Of a stretch of 64,000 nucleotides of DNA, positions 50,394 through 62,244 are shown piece after piece. Each line of letters opens with the position of its first letter. Position 1 is the stretch's first letter. The DNA lies in assembly GCA_964188305.1 (NCBI GenBank), contig OZ076889.1. One strand, given 5' to 3'. The stretch comes from Podarcis bocagei. Taxonomy: Eukaryota. The position numbers and the translations under genes were made by a program. The notes under the pieces were generated by a model, which saw nothing but the letters and a program-made list of their open reading frames with translations, searched no databases and was not told the DNA's origin.

Positions 50394-51560
50394 TACCTCT
50401 AGTAGCTCTTTGAACACTGACCAGGATGTTCTGTTTGTGCATTGAATGATCTTGGGGTGTGTGTTCATTTCAGGAGCAAGGAGCAAATAGGCCAGATTCC
50501 TGGAAACAACACGCACTGACAACATTGGGGGGGGGCTTCTGCGTATTCATAGCTCCATAGGATGTCCCTATACCAAGGGCGGTCCACCACACAGCATTTT
50601 ATAGCATGGAGGGAGGGGCTATGTAAGGTATTGTTGCGATCTAACACTTATCAGCCAAAACCTGGCATAGAATTCAGAATACCTGTACAAAATAGCTTCT
50701 AATTCCATTCAAGTTAACCATATCTTGCACTGTACCCATTGTTTTCATTCATCTCTGAAAAGTTATACAACCCATTTGGTCAGGCATATACTAAGGTTGA
50801 TAGATACAGTGAATTTCTTCATTAAAAAGGAAAATAAATCCTTTGGCATCAGTAGCCTCTACAGTAGTCTTTGTAGTGAAGTGTCAAGAGTGAAACAGAA
50901 ACACAGAATGGATGTGAGTTTTAGACAGATTAGTTATTCAGTTTCCTTTTAAAAGAGGGCCTACTTCGAAAATGCAGGATTGAAGGTTGGGGGCCGACTG
51001 TAGGACCAAGACCTGGACTTAATATGTTTTTCCTCCCCAATCAAACCATCCCCAAGAAGGTTACATGTTGTTGGAAGGTTTCAAAGTACATTACAAGGCC
51101 CACTGAAGGCCTGTGGAAGGCCACTGAATTGAGGATTCCCAGGTAAGATCCTCCCTCTATTGTGTGGGCAGGTAATCCCTCCCCTACCTGGACTGGTCTC
51201 CTTGGCAACGCTTCCCCCAGGCGGGATTGGACATCTGACTGAGGTAGGCGGAGACCTCCAGGTATCCCACCTGAGGGAAGGCAAAGCCAAGCCTATGCTG
51301 ATGGAGCCGCTCAGATCCAGGGGCTGCACGCGTCCACGCAAAGGGCGCCCCCCCCCCGTTTTATGCGGGGAGCGGTCATTACAAGGCCCACTGAATGGCT
51401 CTTTATTTATTTTACTCAGAACATTTTAAAACTGCTCTTGAGCTACAAAGGATCCAAGGGGAGTTGCTTTCCATAAGATCAAGACATTATCTCTGCCCAC
51501 AGGATGCCAATCTAAAACACATGACACTTGTCACGCAGGTAAGTTTTACCTTGGCACTAA

Positions 51561-51817
51561 GAGAGCCAGTGTGGTGTAGTGGTTAAGAGTGGTAGACTCG
51601 TAATCTGTTGAACCAGGTTCGCATCTCTGCTCCTCCACATGCAGCTGCTGGGTGACCTTGGGCTAGTCACACTTCTTTGAAGTCTTCTCAGCCCCACTCA
51701 CCTCACAGAGTGTTTGTTGTGGGGGGGGGGAGGGAAAGGAGATTGTTAGCCACTTTGAGACTCCTTACAGTAGTGATAAAGCAGGATATCAAATCCAAAC
51801 TCTTCTTCTCTTCTTCT
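51561..51817 (+). mobile_element. Squam3-type tRNA-derived SINE, full length
   Basis: A-box GGTGTAGTGGTTAAG, B-box-like GGTTCGCATC, MIR-like core GGGTGACCTTGGGCTAGTCAC, (CTT)n tail, short CTAAGA flanking repeat. Confidence 0.88.
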
Positions 51818-54800
51818 AAGACCTAGCCTTGGCTAGCAGCAGGATCTGCCACTCAAATGTTTTTTTTTCAGAGTGATGGAGGCAAATGTATCAATGCTGT
51901 TTGCCATAAGAAACCTATGGCGCACAGTATTATCCAGGCTTGCCAGCACAGGAGCAACAATTGCAGTGGTGAAACTAAGGAGTTTTTAGAAAGCAGTTTG
52001 GCAGAGATATATGGCCCTGGGCACCGGACAATGGTCTAACTATGCCATTACACTTAACAGGACAGGATTGGGCTGCTCAATGTATAAATACTGCATTGCA
52101 CAATGGAATCTCCTAGGTGAGACATCTTAGTGTTTAAATATTGCTCTTTCATTATCCGTTTTCATTCTTGCTTACTTTAATTCCAGTTTCATTTCACAAT
52201 ATTCTAGATAGAGATTTAAATAAGCAAAGGCTCTGGTATTCGTACATTTTTCTGACATGAAATGAATAGGTTAGTTTATAATTAATGCTTTAATTCCTGC
52301 CTTGCTCTACTCTCATATTGGGGCTGGGAGGGGGGGGGGTAGAAATCTGGATGGCAAATTAAAGAGTGGCAACATTTAAGATTAAGTGATAATTTTATTA
52401 ACTTCCAATAATTGCTACTGAAATAGGCCATTATTCCATGATATGTAATTATGGTAATATTCAGACCTGCTGAGGAAAATTAGGGAGATCTCAAGAGTAA
52501 AAATAATGTCCATTTTGTTCCCCTTGTCATAAAATTTTTCTCAGATGTAGTTTTTACTGTTCTTTCATTAAGGAACTAAAAATTCTGGTGGAAGGATGAT
52601 TTATGAAAATTAAATGTGCAAATTCCATTTTTATCTGCATAATCCCTAAGACTCCTACATATGCCAAAGTAACACTTTAAAAGTAGTGTTCACTTCACAG
52701 GGCTATTAGGTTTTTGGAAGGACTAGGGGACAGATTCCACTTACATTTGGGCCTATGGTCCAAAGTCTTTGGATGCTTCCATGACCACTTAAATTGTCAG
52801 CAAATTTACTATGGAAAAGTAGTGTGTGGTATTGTTTTAACTTTAAGAAATCTGGTGCATTTTTTAAAAAATTGGACTGTCCATTCAGACCGTCTCCTGG
52901 AAAAGATAACCTGCACTGTGACAGAGGATTTGCAAAGGCCTCTGAGACCAGCTCCACCTAGATTGGGCTTTTCAGCTTATGGAAACACATATACAACACC
53001 AGTTTTCATGCTTGTTTTCTCTTTTGGATTAGGACATTTGTTTTGGGGACAGCCAAATATCTAGTGTACCAATTTACATGACTGGAGTCACATGTAAACA
53101 CAGTTGAACACAGTTTTTCTTTTTGGTAATGCATCTTGGCACAGCTGCATCTGACTGTTGGCAGGGTTTTTGTACAGCAATCATAGTCAGCCATAAGTGT
53201 CATCAAACCAGCCATCTTCAAATTATTATGTAAAATATTATTTATCTAATTTACAAGTAGGTGTAACCAGGAATATTAACTCGTTAATGATTCTAAGGCT
53301 GCAAGCCTCCAACTGTTTTTGTTGGAGCAATTTTGTTGAGTAATTGAACAGGCTTACTCCAGAGTAACTTGTTGGAGGCTACAGGCAAAAAAAAAAAAAT
53401 CTGCTTTACCTACAGCAACAAACAAACTGTGAAAGTCAAATAAAGGAGATCCTAAATTATCCCAACGGAGGAATGATTCTCATAAAAGTGATTTTTAGCT
53501 GCTGTTTAGAATGCAAAGTTAATTAACGCAAGGCATTGGGATATATCTGGAGGACAATAATGCTTTAATAGAAACATTAATGTGCATCTTTTAGAAATAA
53601 ATTGAGGACATATTGAAATATAGGAAGGACGGAAACAGTAAACAGAAAAATAAGGAAAATGTCAAAGTAGCACATGACCTCATTGGTTGCATTCATGCAT
53701 TCTAAGCTTCTATTGTCATTACATCTCTTAATCCATGGATGATTCAAGAGTATAAATGGAGTTTCCATATTATACTCCTGGAGCTTACTAGGTGCCATTT
53801 TGACACGACACAGTGCAGCACTACATGGTTGGCCCTAAACATTTCTATACCCCAGAAAGGAATGCAAACCTCACCACTCATTCCCACTGTCTTCTCTTAC
53901 CCAGAAGATTAATTACAAGTTATAAGACAGATAAATAAATGCAAGATACGTAAGTTTTTTCTCATTTGTTTGTTATACTGAGGAAGGTGCAAGGCTCATT
54001 GTTAAACCTGGAGAAAGTGGTGAAGGATTTGAGAAAAGAGGGTGAGCTTAAGCAGACCATTAATGTATTTTACCTTTCTCAATAGCATTTTCCAACCCAA
54101 TTTCCCCTAACTCAGGAATAGGAGAAGAGATTAAAAACAACAACAACAACCTGGATAGAAGAAATGGAAGGAGATTTTCAGAGGAGAACAGCAAGCATGG
54201 GAAGAATTATGTGTCTGACTTTTTGGTTTTTCCTTTACAAATACCTCCTACGTTTGCATTACCTTGGCAGACTCAGTACCTTGTACAGCAGTCCCACAAA
54301 ATTTACATGCATTGAACCTGTGCACATTCAGTTTTGTGTGTGTTGCAAGAAAAAAAATCAAATAAATAACAATAAAAGGGGGGCAGGCATCCAGGAAAAA
54401 TGACTTCGGCAATCCTGCCCACCATTGCATTGAATGTGTTTTAACTGTACACAATTTTGGCTTTAGGTGCAATCCACAGAATGTAACCCCTGCGTAAATC
54501 GAGGGCTTATTATACTTCAATGTCTTCCCTGATACTGTTTCTGCTTGCTCGGGTTTTACACAAAATGCTTTTTACACCCTTTCCTTTCTTGCCCACTGCG
54601 TAAGAACTACTTCGCCAGCCTCTCTTTCCCCCCTCCAGTCAGCTGACTGCTCCATACCTCCCATAGGTCAAGCAGTGAGAGAAATCCCATGTGTATGATA
54701 CAAATGAGCCACCATTGAACAGAAATGTTAGGGACCTGGTGATCAAGGGAACCCATGGAGAGGTCAGGCCTCATTGTACTACAGGTGTTATCCTCAGTGC

Positions 54801-56661
54801 CAACCATAGAAAGGCGTGGTTACACATTACCTCAGATCCTTGTTCTCCTCCATCTTCAGGACTTCAGGAAACGACGATTCATCACTGGAAAGCTGCAAGG
54901 CCCACTGGCTCCTATGTACCTTCTTCCATTCACCAGCAAGCACAGTTCTAGTCTGCTCTCTGTGTGAGAATTTTTCCACATATGAATCCAGTCCAGGGTA
55001 ATATCTCTCTTAGTGCTCATTGCACACAATGAGCAGTGGCTGTTCTTGTCCCACCACTGTGTCATCATAGGCTCATGTGTATACTTAATTAAAACAGTGG
55101 TGCCAGCTGCTCAGCTAACCACCATCAGCTTCTATAAGTGTCATTGATTGGTTCAAGCCTGCTTATTTTTATTATGTCTCTTCCCTTATAGCTTGCTCAT
55201 GAAGGAGACAATGCCTCTGTTCACTTGCTTCCGAATGTTCTTGCAGCAGGAAAGCTCAGCTTCCAGAGATGAAACAGAAATGCTGAGTTCTTTCAGGTGC
55301 TGTAAGAGTCTTTGTTGTTTTGCTGCAAATGACTAAACACAGCTGTCCATCTGCAAAACCAGTATACTCAACTGAGCTCACATGCATGCAATTAATATTT
55401 GAAAGGTGGTTTCCTATCTTCATATTATTCTGAAGCAGAAGCAATTTAGAATTTACCTATTTCTGAGTGAATGCAACAGAGCTAAAAAAGAAAGAAAGCA
55501 GTAATATATCTGCCTTATTTTTCAAAGAAACTGGACAGCTGCAAAGCATTTGACACCTTGCCCCCCTTTCGTTAAATTTATTAATGCCCACATAATGTGT
55601 GCTGCATTAAGCCTCTAAATTAATGTGTAAAATCTCTTGCACCTTGAGAATAAATTCATTTGCAGAGGCCTGGGATTCTGACATTATTGGGGTTTGATAC
55701 ATGGATATTTCTGCTTCCTAGAAACTCGGTTTTGAAGGACTCTCCATTTTGAATGGCCTCATAAATATATATTGAATTTAATCTTCTCAGATGTAAAACC
55801 CATTTTCCAGTTGTTTAGGTGGTTTGGGGGCTGGTTAGGAGAAACAGAATCTGGAAGTATTTTTGTTGTATGGAGCTAATTAGTTCATAAATCAACATGT
55901 CTAAGTACGGTAGAGATTACCCTCAAGCCAGCACAGAGTGAATTGCCGCACACATAACTGCACTTTTAAAGACCTTTTACCTATCTCTAATGTCCCCATC
56001 TTCTCAGACTATTAACTTTTCTGTAGCAATTTAGCTAAGTACTTAGTGGTAACTCAGCAGGTTTTTATGCCACTTCCTGTCTGGGGGACTTTTTTGGGGG
56101 GGGGGTTACCTTCCCTCTCCTTCTTTCTGTTTACCTCATTCAGGCTGCGCATTAATGCTTCACACACCTCAAAAGTAATTTTTGAAGTTCATAACTGGGC
56201 ACACCACATTCGGTGTGGAACTGAATGTACACAACACTTGATGAATTGTTGTGATTACTTGTAATATACCTCTGAAGGGTGACCAGAATGAGGTAACAAC
56301 TGGGATCTCATACTGTTCCCAGCTGTGAGGGAATGTTAGCACCTGTGGTGTTTCTCGCCCCTGCCTGCCTGACCAGCTGCACCTGGCAATATTCCTGCAT
56401 GTTCACACTTATTAAAAACGCAGAAACCCTATTCTCCTCCTTTGCATTTGGCTGGCTGCTTCAAAGTAACTTTAGAGAGCCCTCAGGGGTTTCCTATCAG
56501 CCCTTTCCCCCAAACATAGACACAAGGGCCTCCATGATTTTCCTCAGCCATATTCTCCTATGTAAACTAAGAGGGGGCAGTCTTGGGGTTCTTCAAGCCC
56601 ATTGATATTTCCTCCCTCACACAAGTACTCTAGCTGCCAATTTCCTCTGAGGTGTATGAAG

Positions 56662-56839
56662 CATAGTTGTCAACTTTCAGATTTGAAAATAAGGGATCAC
56701 CAACCTCAAAAATAAGGGATCAGCAGCCTCACCTGTCCCGGGGACAGTCTACGGGATATCTAACAATCTGGGATAGCAGCGAGAAGCAGCGCTGGAATAA
56801 GGGAATTTCCCGCCAAAAAAGGGAATGTTGATAGCTATG
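56662..56839. mobile_element. hAT MITE
   Basis: TIRs CATAGTTGTCAAC / GTTGATAGCTATG; repeated AATAAGGGA; 8-bp TSD GTATGAAG / GCATGAAC. Confidence 0.8.
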
Positions 56840-58449
56840 GCATGAACTTTGCAAAAGCCCTTGGTGGAATTGACTTCACACGGGAGAAGTTTAGAGGACA
56901 TGGGCCTGGGTGCGACTTGGGCAGGAGGCAGCACAGTTTGTTTGTGGCCCTTCAGCCCTTGCTTAATGTTGTCATTTTAAATTAGCTGCCCACAAAGTCT
57001 TGGCAGTTTTACAATGCTATATAAAGTGAGTTTGCAAGTACAGGCTGGGCGGTAAAGTATGTGTGCCCAAGTGAGGACCTCTGTGGGCAGATGTGTGCCC
57101 ACTGGTGCCATGCTGGTGATCCCGTGCTTCAGAGGCAACTTGCAAGAGCTTTTGCACCCTGCAGAACTCCTGAAAGGGAAAGTGGCAACCCTACATGCCT
57201 ACAAAAATACACCTCTCAGGTGCTGTTATACAGCATATTTCTTTAAGCATGTTTTCAGAAACAGGTCTTGTACATATGCATGGCTATGGAACTGGAGGGT
57301 CGAGAGCTGCTGCTAGTCATTTTAAGCAATACTGAGCTAGGTTAGTCAAGAATCTGACACTTTATAAGGAAACTTCTTGCAGTAGGAAGGTAGAGGCAGC
57401 CCAAGTTTTGATGGCCAAGGCAGAATAGTCCAACTTGCAACTTCCCCATGGTGGTAAAAGTATCATTACAATAACAAAATAATTGTCAATTTGCTGTTCT
57501 TTATTGGTTACCGTTCACCAACCACCTAAAAGCCACTTCATCCCACTTAATAGTAGGACCAGGCCAGGTAACTGGTTCAATCCTCTCTTGTTGCCTCAGC
57601 CCTATTTCAAGTCACCAGTTCCAGGTGAGAACTCAGCAACTGTAACTGCAGCCCATTTGAATGGGCTTCGAGTCAGAAGGGGGGGGGACAGTTCCACGTG
57701 GGGAAGTGACAAAAATAACCCCAGAAGGCTTGCCTTTCCAGTGCCATTTCTTCCTCCTGCATTTCTACTTTTGTTGTGCATTATTGCAGAATAGAAATTA
57801 TCTTCCTTCAAACGTTCCCACAGCTACAGCACTGCTGGTGACAAATGTCTTAATTTCAAAAGCAAGGGCAGCATAGTGGATACCGTTTCAATCCAGAGGG
57901 AGAATGAAGTTCTCCAAATCAAGCTGTTTGCACCTGCAGTTTCCTTGTTTGTTTGCCTGCTGCCGCTGCAGTTGCTGCCGTCCGCTGCATCACCACAACC
58001 GTCTTAATCTACATAAGCATTTTGTACTGAGCTATCTTAACTGACATGATTTTTTTTTCTGATAAAAAGCACTGCCCTCCACCCCACCCACCCTCAGAAC
58101 AATTATTTACGACACTATTGTGAGATAACTAGGCAGCCAACAGGGAAATACACTTGCTTTCTAACAAATACCAAATGTATTGTTAACTGTGCTGTTTCTC
58201 TCCATTCTTGGTTTGAAGTGAGCGTGAGAGCAGGCCGGTACACTGAACACTGGGTTGGGAAATAAGAAGGCTGGTTTCTAAGTCCATTGGTAGCAGAGTC
58301 AATGAAATCTTTCTGTTTCTTAGCCTTCGGCTATGCTCCTACATAAGCCAACTTCTGGCACAATTACATCTTACTAAACATGCCTAAGATTGGCCTGCAT
58401 ATTCCACACAGCAACAAATTGCTTTAGGAGTCAGCTAGGCACAGATGAA

Positions 58450-58820
58450 CTGAGCTAGGCTCAGTGGTCTAAACCACTGAGCCTCTTGGGCTTGCTGATC
58501 AGAAGGTCAGCAGTTCGAATCCCCACTATGGGGTGAGCTCCTGTTGCTCGGTCCCAGCTCCTGCCAACCTAGCAGTTTGAAAGCACGTCAAAAAAGTGCA
58601 AGTAGATAAACAGGTACCACTCTGGTGGGAAGATAAATGGTGTTTCCATGCGCTGCTCTGGTTTCGGTGTTCCGTTGCACCAGAAGTGGCTTAGTCATGC
58701 TGGCCACGTGACCCGAAAAAACTGTCTGCATACAAACGCAGACTCCCTTGGCCTATAAATCGAGATGAGCGCCGCAACCCCAGAGTCGTTCGTGACTGTC
58801 AGGGGTCCTTTACCTTTTTC
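58450..58820 (+). mobile_element. Sauria SINE with rearranged 5' end
   Basis: Same body as 8422-8780, tail CAGGGGTCCTTTACCTTT; TSD GGCACAGATGAA (58438-58449) / GGCACAGGTGAA (58821-58832). Confidence 0.9.
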
Positions 58821-61800
58821 GGCACAGGTGAAGCCCCAGTTTAAGAGTTACCTGAGCCACTATTTGAGGCAAGCCAGTTTTATCTCAGTCTATCATATGC
58901 AGGTAGTAGTAACACAAACCTTCCTTGAAGGGCCATTGTGATAATGCATGGAATAAATTATTAACAATGGGTTAGCTCTAGAGAAACTGGTGAAAGAGGA
59001 TAAACAGGTGGTTTTCCTGTCCCATCCTCTCCCCCATAGGTCAGGGGACCCCAGTGAATGTGGTGTCATGTGACATAGGGTGTGTGTGAAGGGGAACAGA
59101 AGGATAGCTGAAAGTAAAGCTTTCACACCCTCCACGAGCAACATAAATGAAGGAGGTGCTTAATTTTTAAAGGCTCAGGATCATTGCCTCTGATTTAGAA
59201 TCCTTGACCTAGCTCTATGTGTCTAGATGATTATAGTGATTCCTCAAGGAATACCCCCTTTTTAACTTTGCAGATTATACCAACAAAACATGTAGGCCAC
59301 CAAGGAGCTTATTGGGACCATGGTGTAATTACAGGTACCTAGTTGCCTACTTTTGATTATTAAATATGTTAGAAAACAGGTTGCTTTGGGAACCCGATGA
59401 CTGCTCCTTATTGCCTCACACAGTAACTGCAGCGTGCAGAGTGGATCTAAACAAAATGTCAACCACTTCAATTATAATTCTCTGAAGCGACTTACCCCTA
59501 TCGGTTCTCTCTTTTGAGTGAACAGTGTTGTACTTTTCTTACTCTGAAGAGATTTTTCTTGATTTTGGTGTCCTATCTTTTTTGTGTAAACCACTTCCAC
59601 AGTCAAGCGCTATATAATTTTTTAAAAAATATATATTTAAAATGCTCATTTTTGAAACTAAAAGGAAGGACTGAGACTAAAAGATGGCTGAGAGACACGC
59701 AGTTCTGCTTTCTGTAATAATATGAACAAATTCTCTGCATATGTGACTCTGTCCATAAGAAGTTCTCTCACTGTTACGAAAACAACTCTAGGAATGCTTG
59801 ATTTCCCAACAATTCCCTCCTCCTGTACCTTTAACAGTAGCCTGGGGCTGGAAGTAGACAAGCATAAAAAGAGAAGTTCATACAAAAGCCCTCATGTCTT
59901 TGCCATGACCCTCCTGTGCCAATGAATCTACTTACCAGGAAACCAGAGGTTTATTGTTAAGGAGGAAGGGGGCTGTATGCACAGAGTGCTCTCCCCCCAA
60001 AATAGGCCAGTCAGGAGTGAAGGAGCCTTATGCATTTGCAGGGTACTGGCAGCATGACCAGCAGCTTCATTGGTGTGGGAGGCATGGGCAGAAGGTATAT
60101 TCCTGTCACCCACTTCATACATTCACTGAATGTACAAAGGTTGCCACTAAAAATGACAAAGCCCTGCTGAGTCCCTCACTCCTTCTGCCTCCATAGTCTA
60201 GTTACGGGAATGATTGATATGACCGTGTAATATGGTGATGGTTTCTTCATGCCAGGCTGGAGGATGAGAGAAGTGTGCATGGCACGATTTCACACATTTC
60301 CATAGCTGGGGTAACAAAGCACAGGATTGCCATTTTCAGCATTAACCTTGCATGTGGTGTCATGACTAGGTCCGTGCACTTTCTCTGTAAGGAAGAGCTT
60401 TGCCAGACCAGCATGGGTACATTTAGCAGCTTTTTTAAAGCAAAGGAGCAAGGGAAAATAGAAATGGAGAAAAAGAAAGAGAGAGCCCGCCCACACCTCT
60501 CTGTCTGTAAAGAAAGGGGAAAGGCACTGGGCAAAAAAGTGATATAATTGCAATATCATTGACCCATAAATCATAATAAAGTGAGGCCTTTGACTGAACA
60601 CGACTTTCCATTCACTACAGAATAAAAGATAAACAGAAAAGGGGGGGGGGGAGAGAGCAAGAAAACAATGACATTTCAAGCTCTCGCTCAAACACATAAC
60701 CAAACTTTTTTTCCCCCTTTCAGGCCCGATTCGTCACATTTCAGCCATTTAAATGAACTCAATGTGAGTCAAATGTATAGCTGAAAGGATAAAACATTTG
60801 AGTATGTAATCTGTTTAACTGAGCCGCAGTACTTAAGATTGTATTGCTGTGGAAGAGAAAGAAGAGACTTTAATTTTCTCTAATTTGTCATGCTTTTCAG
60901 TAGCATTTGAATGGTTGCCGCAAGAAGGCCCTCACTGTGGCTTTTTTTTTTTTTTTTTTACTGTGCTCAGTTAGCTTTATCTTGTTCAAGTTGGGTGGAG
61001 GGTAGCAAGGTGTCCCAGTTTATGCAGTCAGTCCTCTGTGTGAAGGGCTGAGGGCAGTCCTCTGTATGAAGGTGCCCTCTGTTTGAAGGGCTGCCTGTCC
61101 AGTCCAGTCCAGTCCAAGCCCTGTTTAGAGATAAAGAACAGTAAGAAGGGAGAGCACGGTGTTTCAAGAGGCCTATCAACAGAGAGCACTCGGACAGCAG
61201 ACTGAAAAGGCACACAGGCCAGCTGTGGTGATGTGCACCATATTTCCATTTAAATTATAGCAATTGTTTCTAAATTTGCATCAATACATATAAAATTAGT
61301 GTGCAATTTTATGCAAATCCAAGCCCTCTTTTATGTGGCACACAAGCAGCCACTATGCCAGCGTTGATTGTTACTTATTTAATAAACTGCACGTGCCGTT
61401 TGTTTGTATAAATAAAACCCTCAGCCTCATCAACTCAGCTCTACCTCATTGTATGTTCAAGGTCACATCCACAGCATGCACTTAATGCACTTGGCTTCCG
61501 CTAAAGGATCCTGGAAACTGTAGTGTATGCCTCACAGATCTGCAAAACTCATAATAAAATACAGCTCCAACCTTCTTTGGGTGAAGCCGCTTGCTTGCTT
61601 TAAAGGAATGATGTTGATGTCATGGGAACAGAATATACCGAGAGGATAATGCATTGGTTTGTTTTTACACCCGACCAGGGGTGAGCAAAAACCTGAAATG
61701 ACAGGAATGAAGTGTCAAGACGCAGTACTTTTTTACATTAAAAAATCCCCACTCTGTCCCTCTGACTAAACTTTTCATAAGGGTGGCCCTCCCCTGCTAA

Positions 61801-62074
61801 ATTTAGGGCTGCCAGATTACAACCTAAGGATGGTAATGTGAGGCAGGGGATGTTCCGTTGCTTCACTTGTAAGGACGCCTTTATTCGTGAGCAGACTATT
61901 CCACAGGAAAAGGCCTAAGTCCAGGTAAAGGAAATTGTTTCTGAGCTCTTTAGCAGGTACAATATGTCTCACTACCTTTCTCCATTCAGTTTGCTTTTAA
62001 ATGCACTGATGCGAGAAGAAGCCCCAGGTTGCTGCAGCTGCTCACACTAGTTCCTTTTTTCCCCATGGCTCTTC

Positions 62075-62244
62075 CATACCCTCCAACATTCCTAAGATAT
62101 TCCAAGAACATTCAAGGCGCCGCTTCATCCTCCTTCTCCCTGGGCTTGGCAGCAGCAGTACTGGCTGGGGAAATAGGGACATTTAGGGATGGCTTTCGTA
62201 ATTTCGAGACTGTCCCTGAAAAATCAGGACACGTGGAGGGCATG
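62075..62244. mobile_element. hAT-like MITE
   Basis: Inverted ends CATACCCTCCA / TGGAGGGCATG with internal GGGACA/TGTCCC motifs. Confidence 0.65.

Noticed and set aside
50047-50442. Repeat protein ORF (LSRLSADP)n
   Set aside because: Translation of the 24-bp minisatellite inside a MITE
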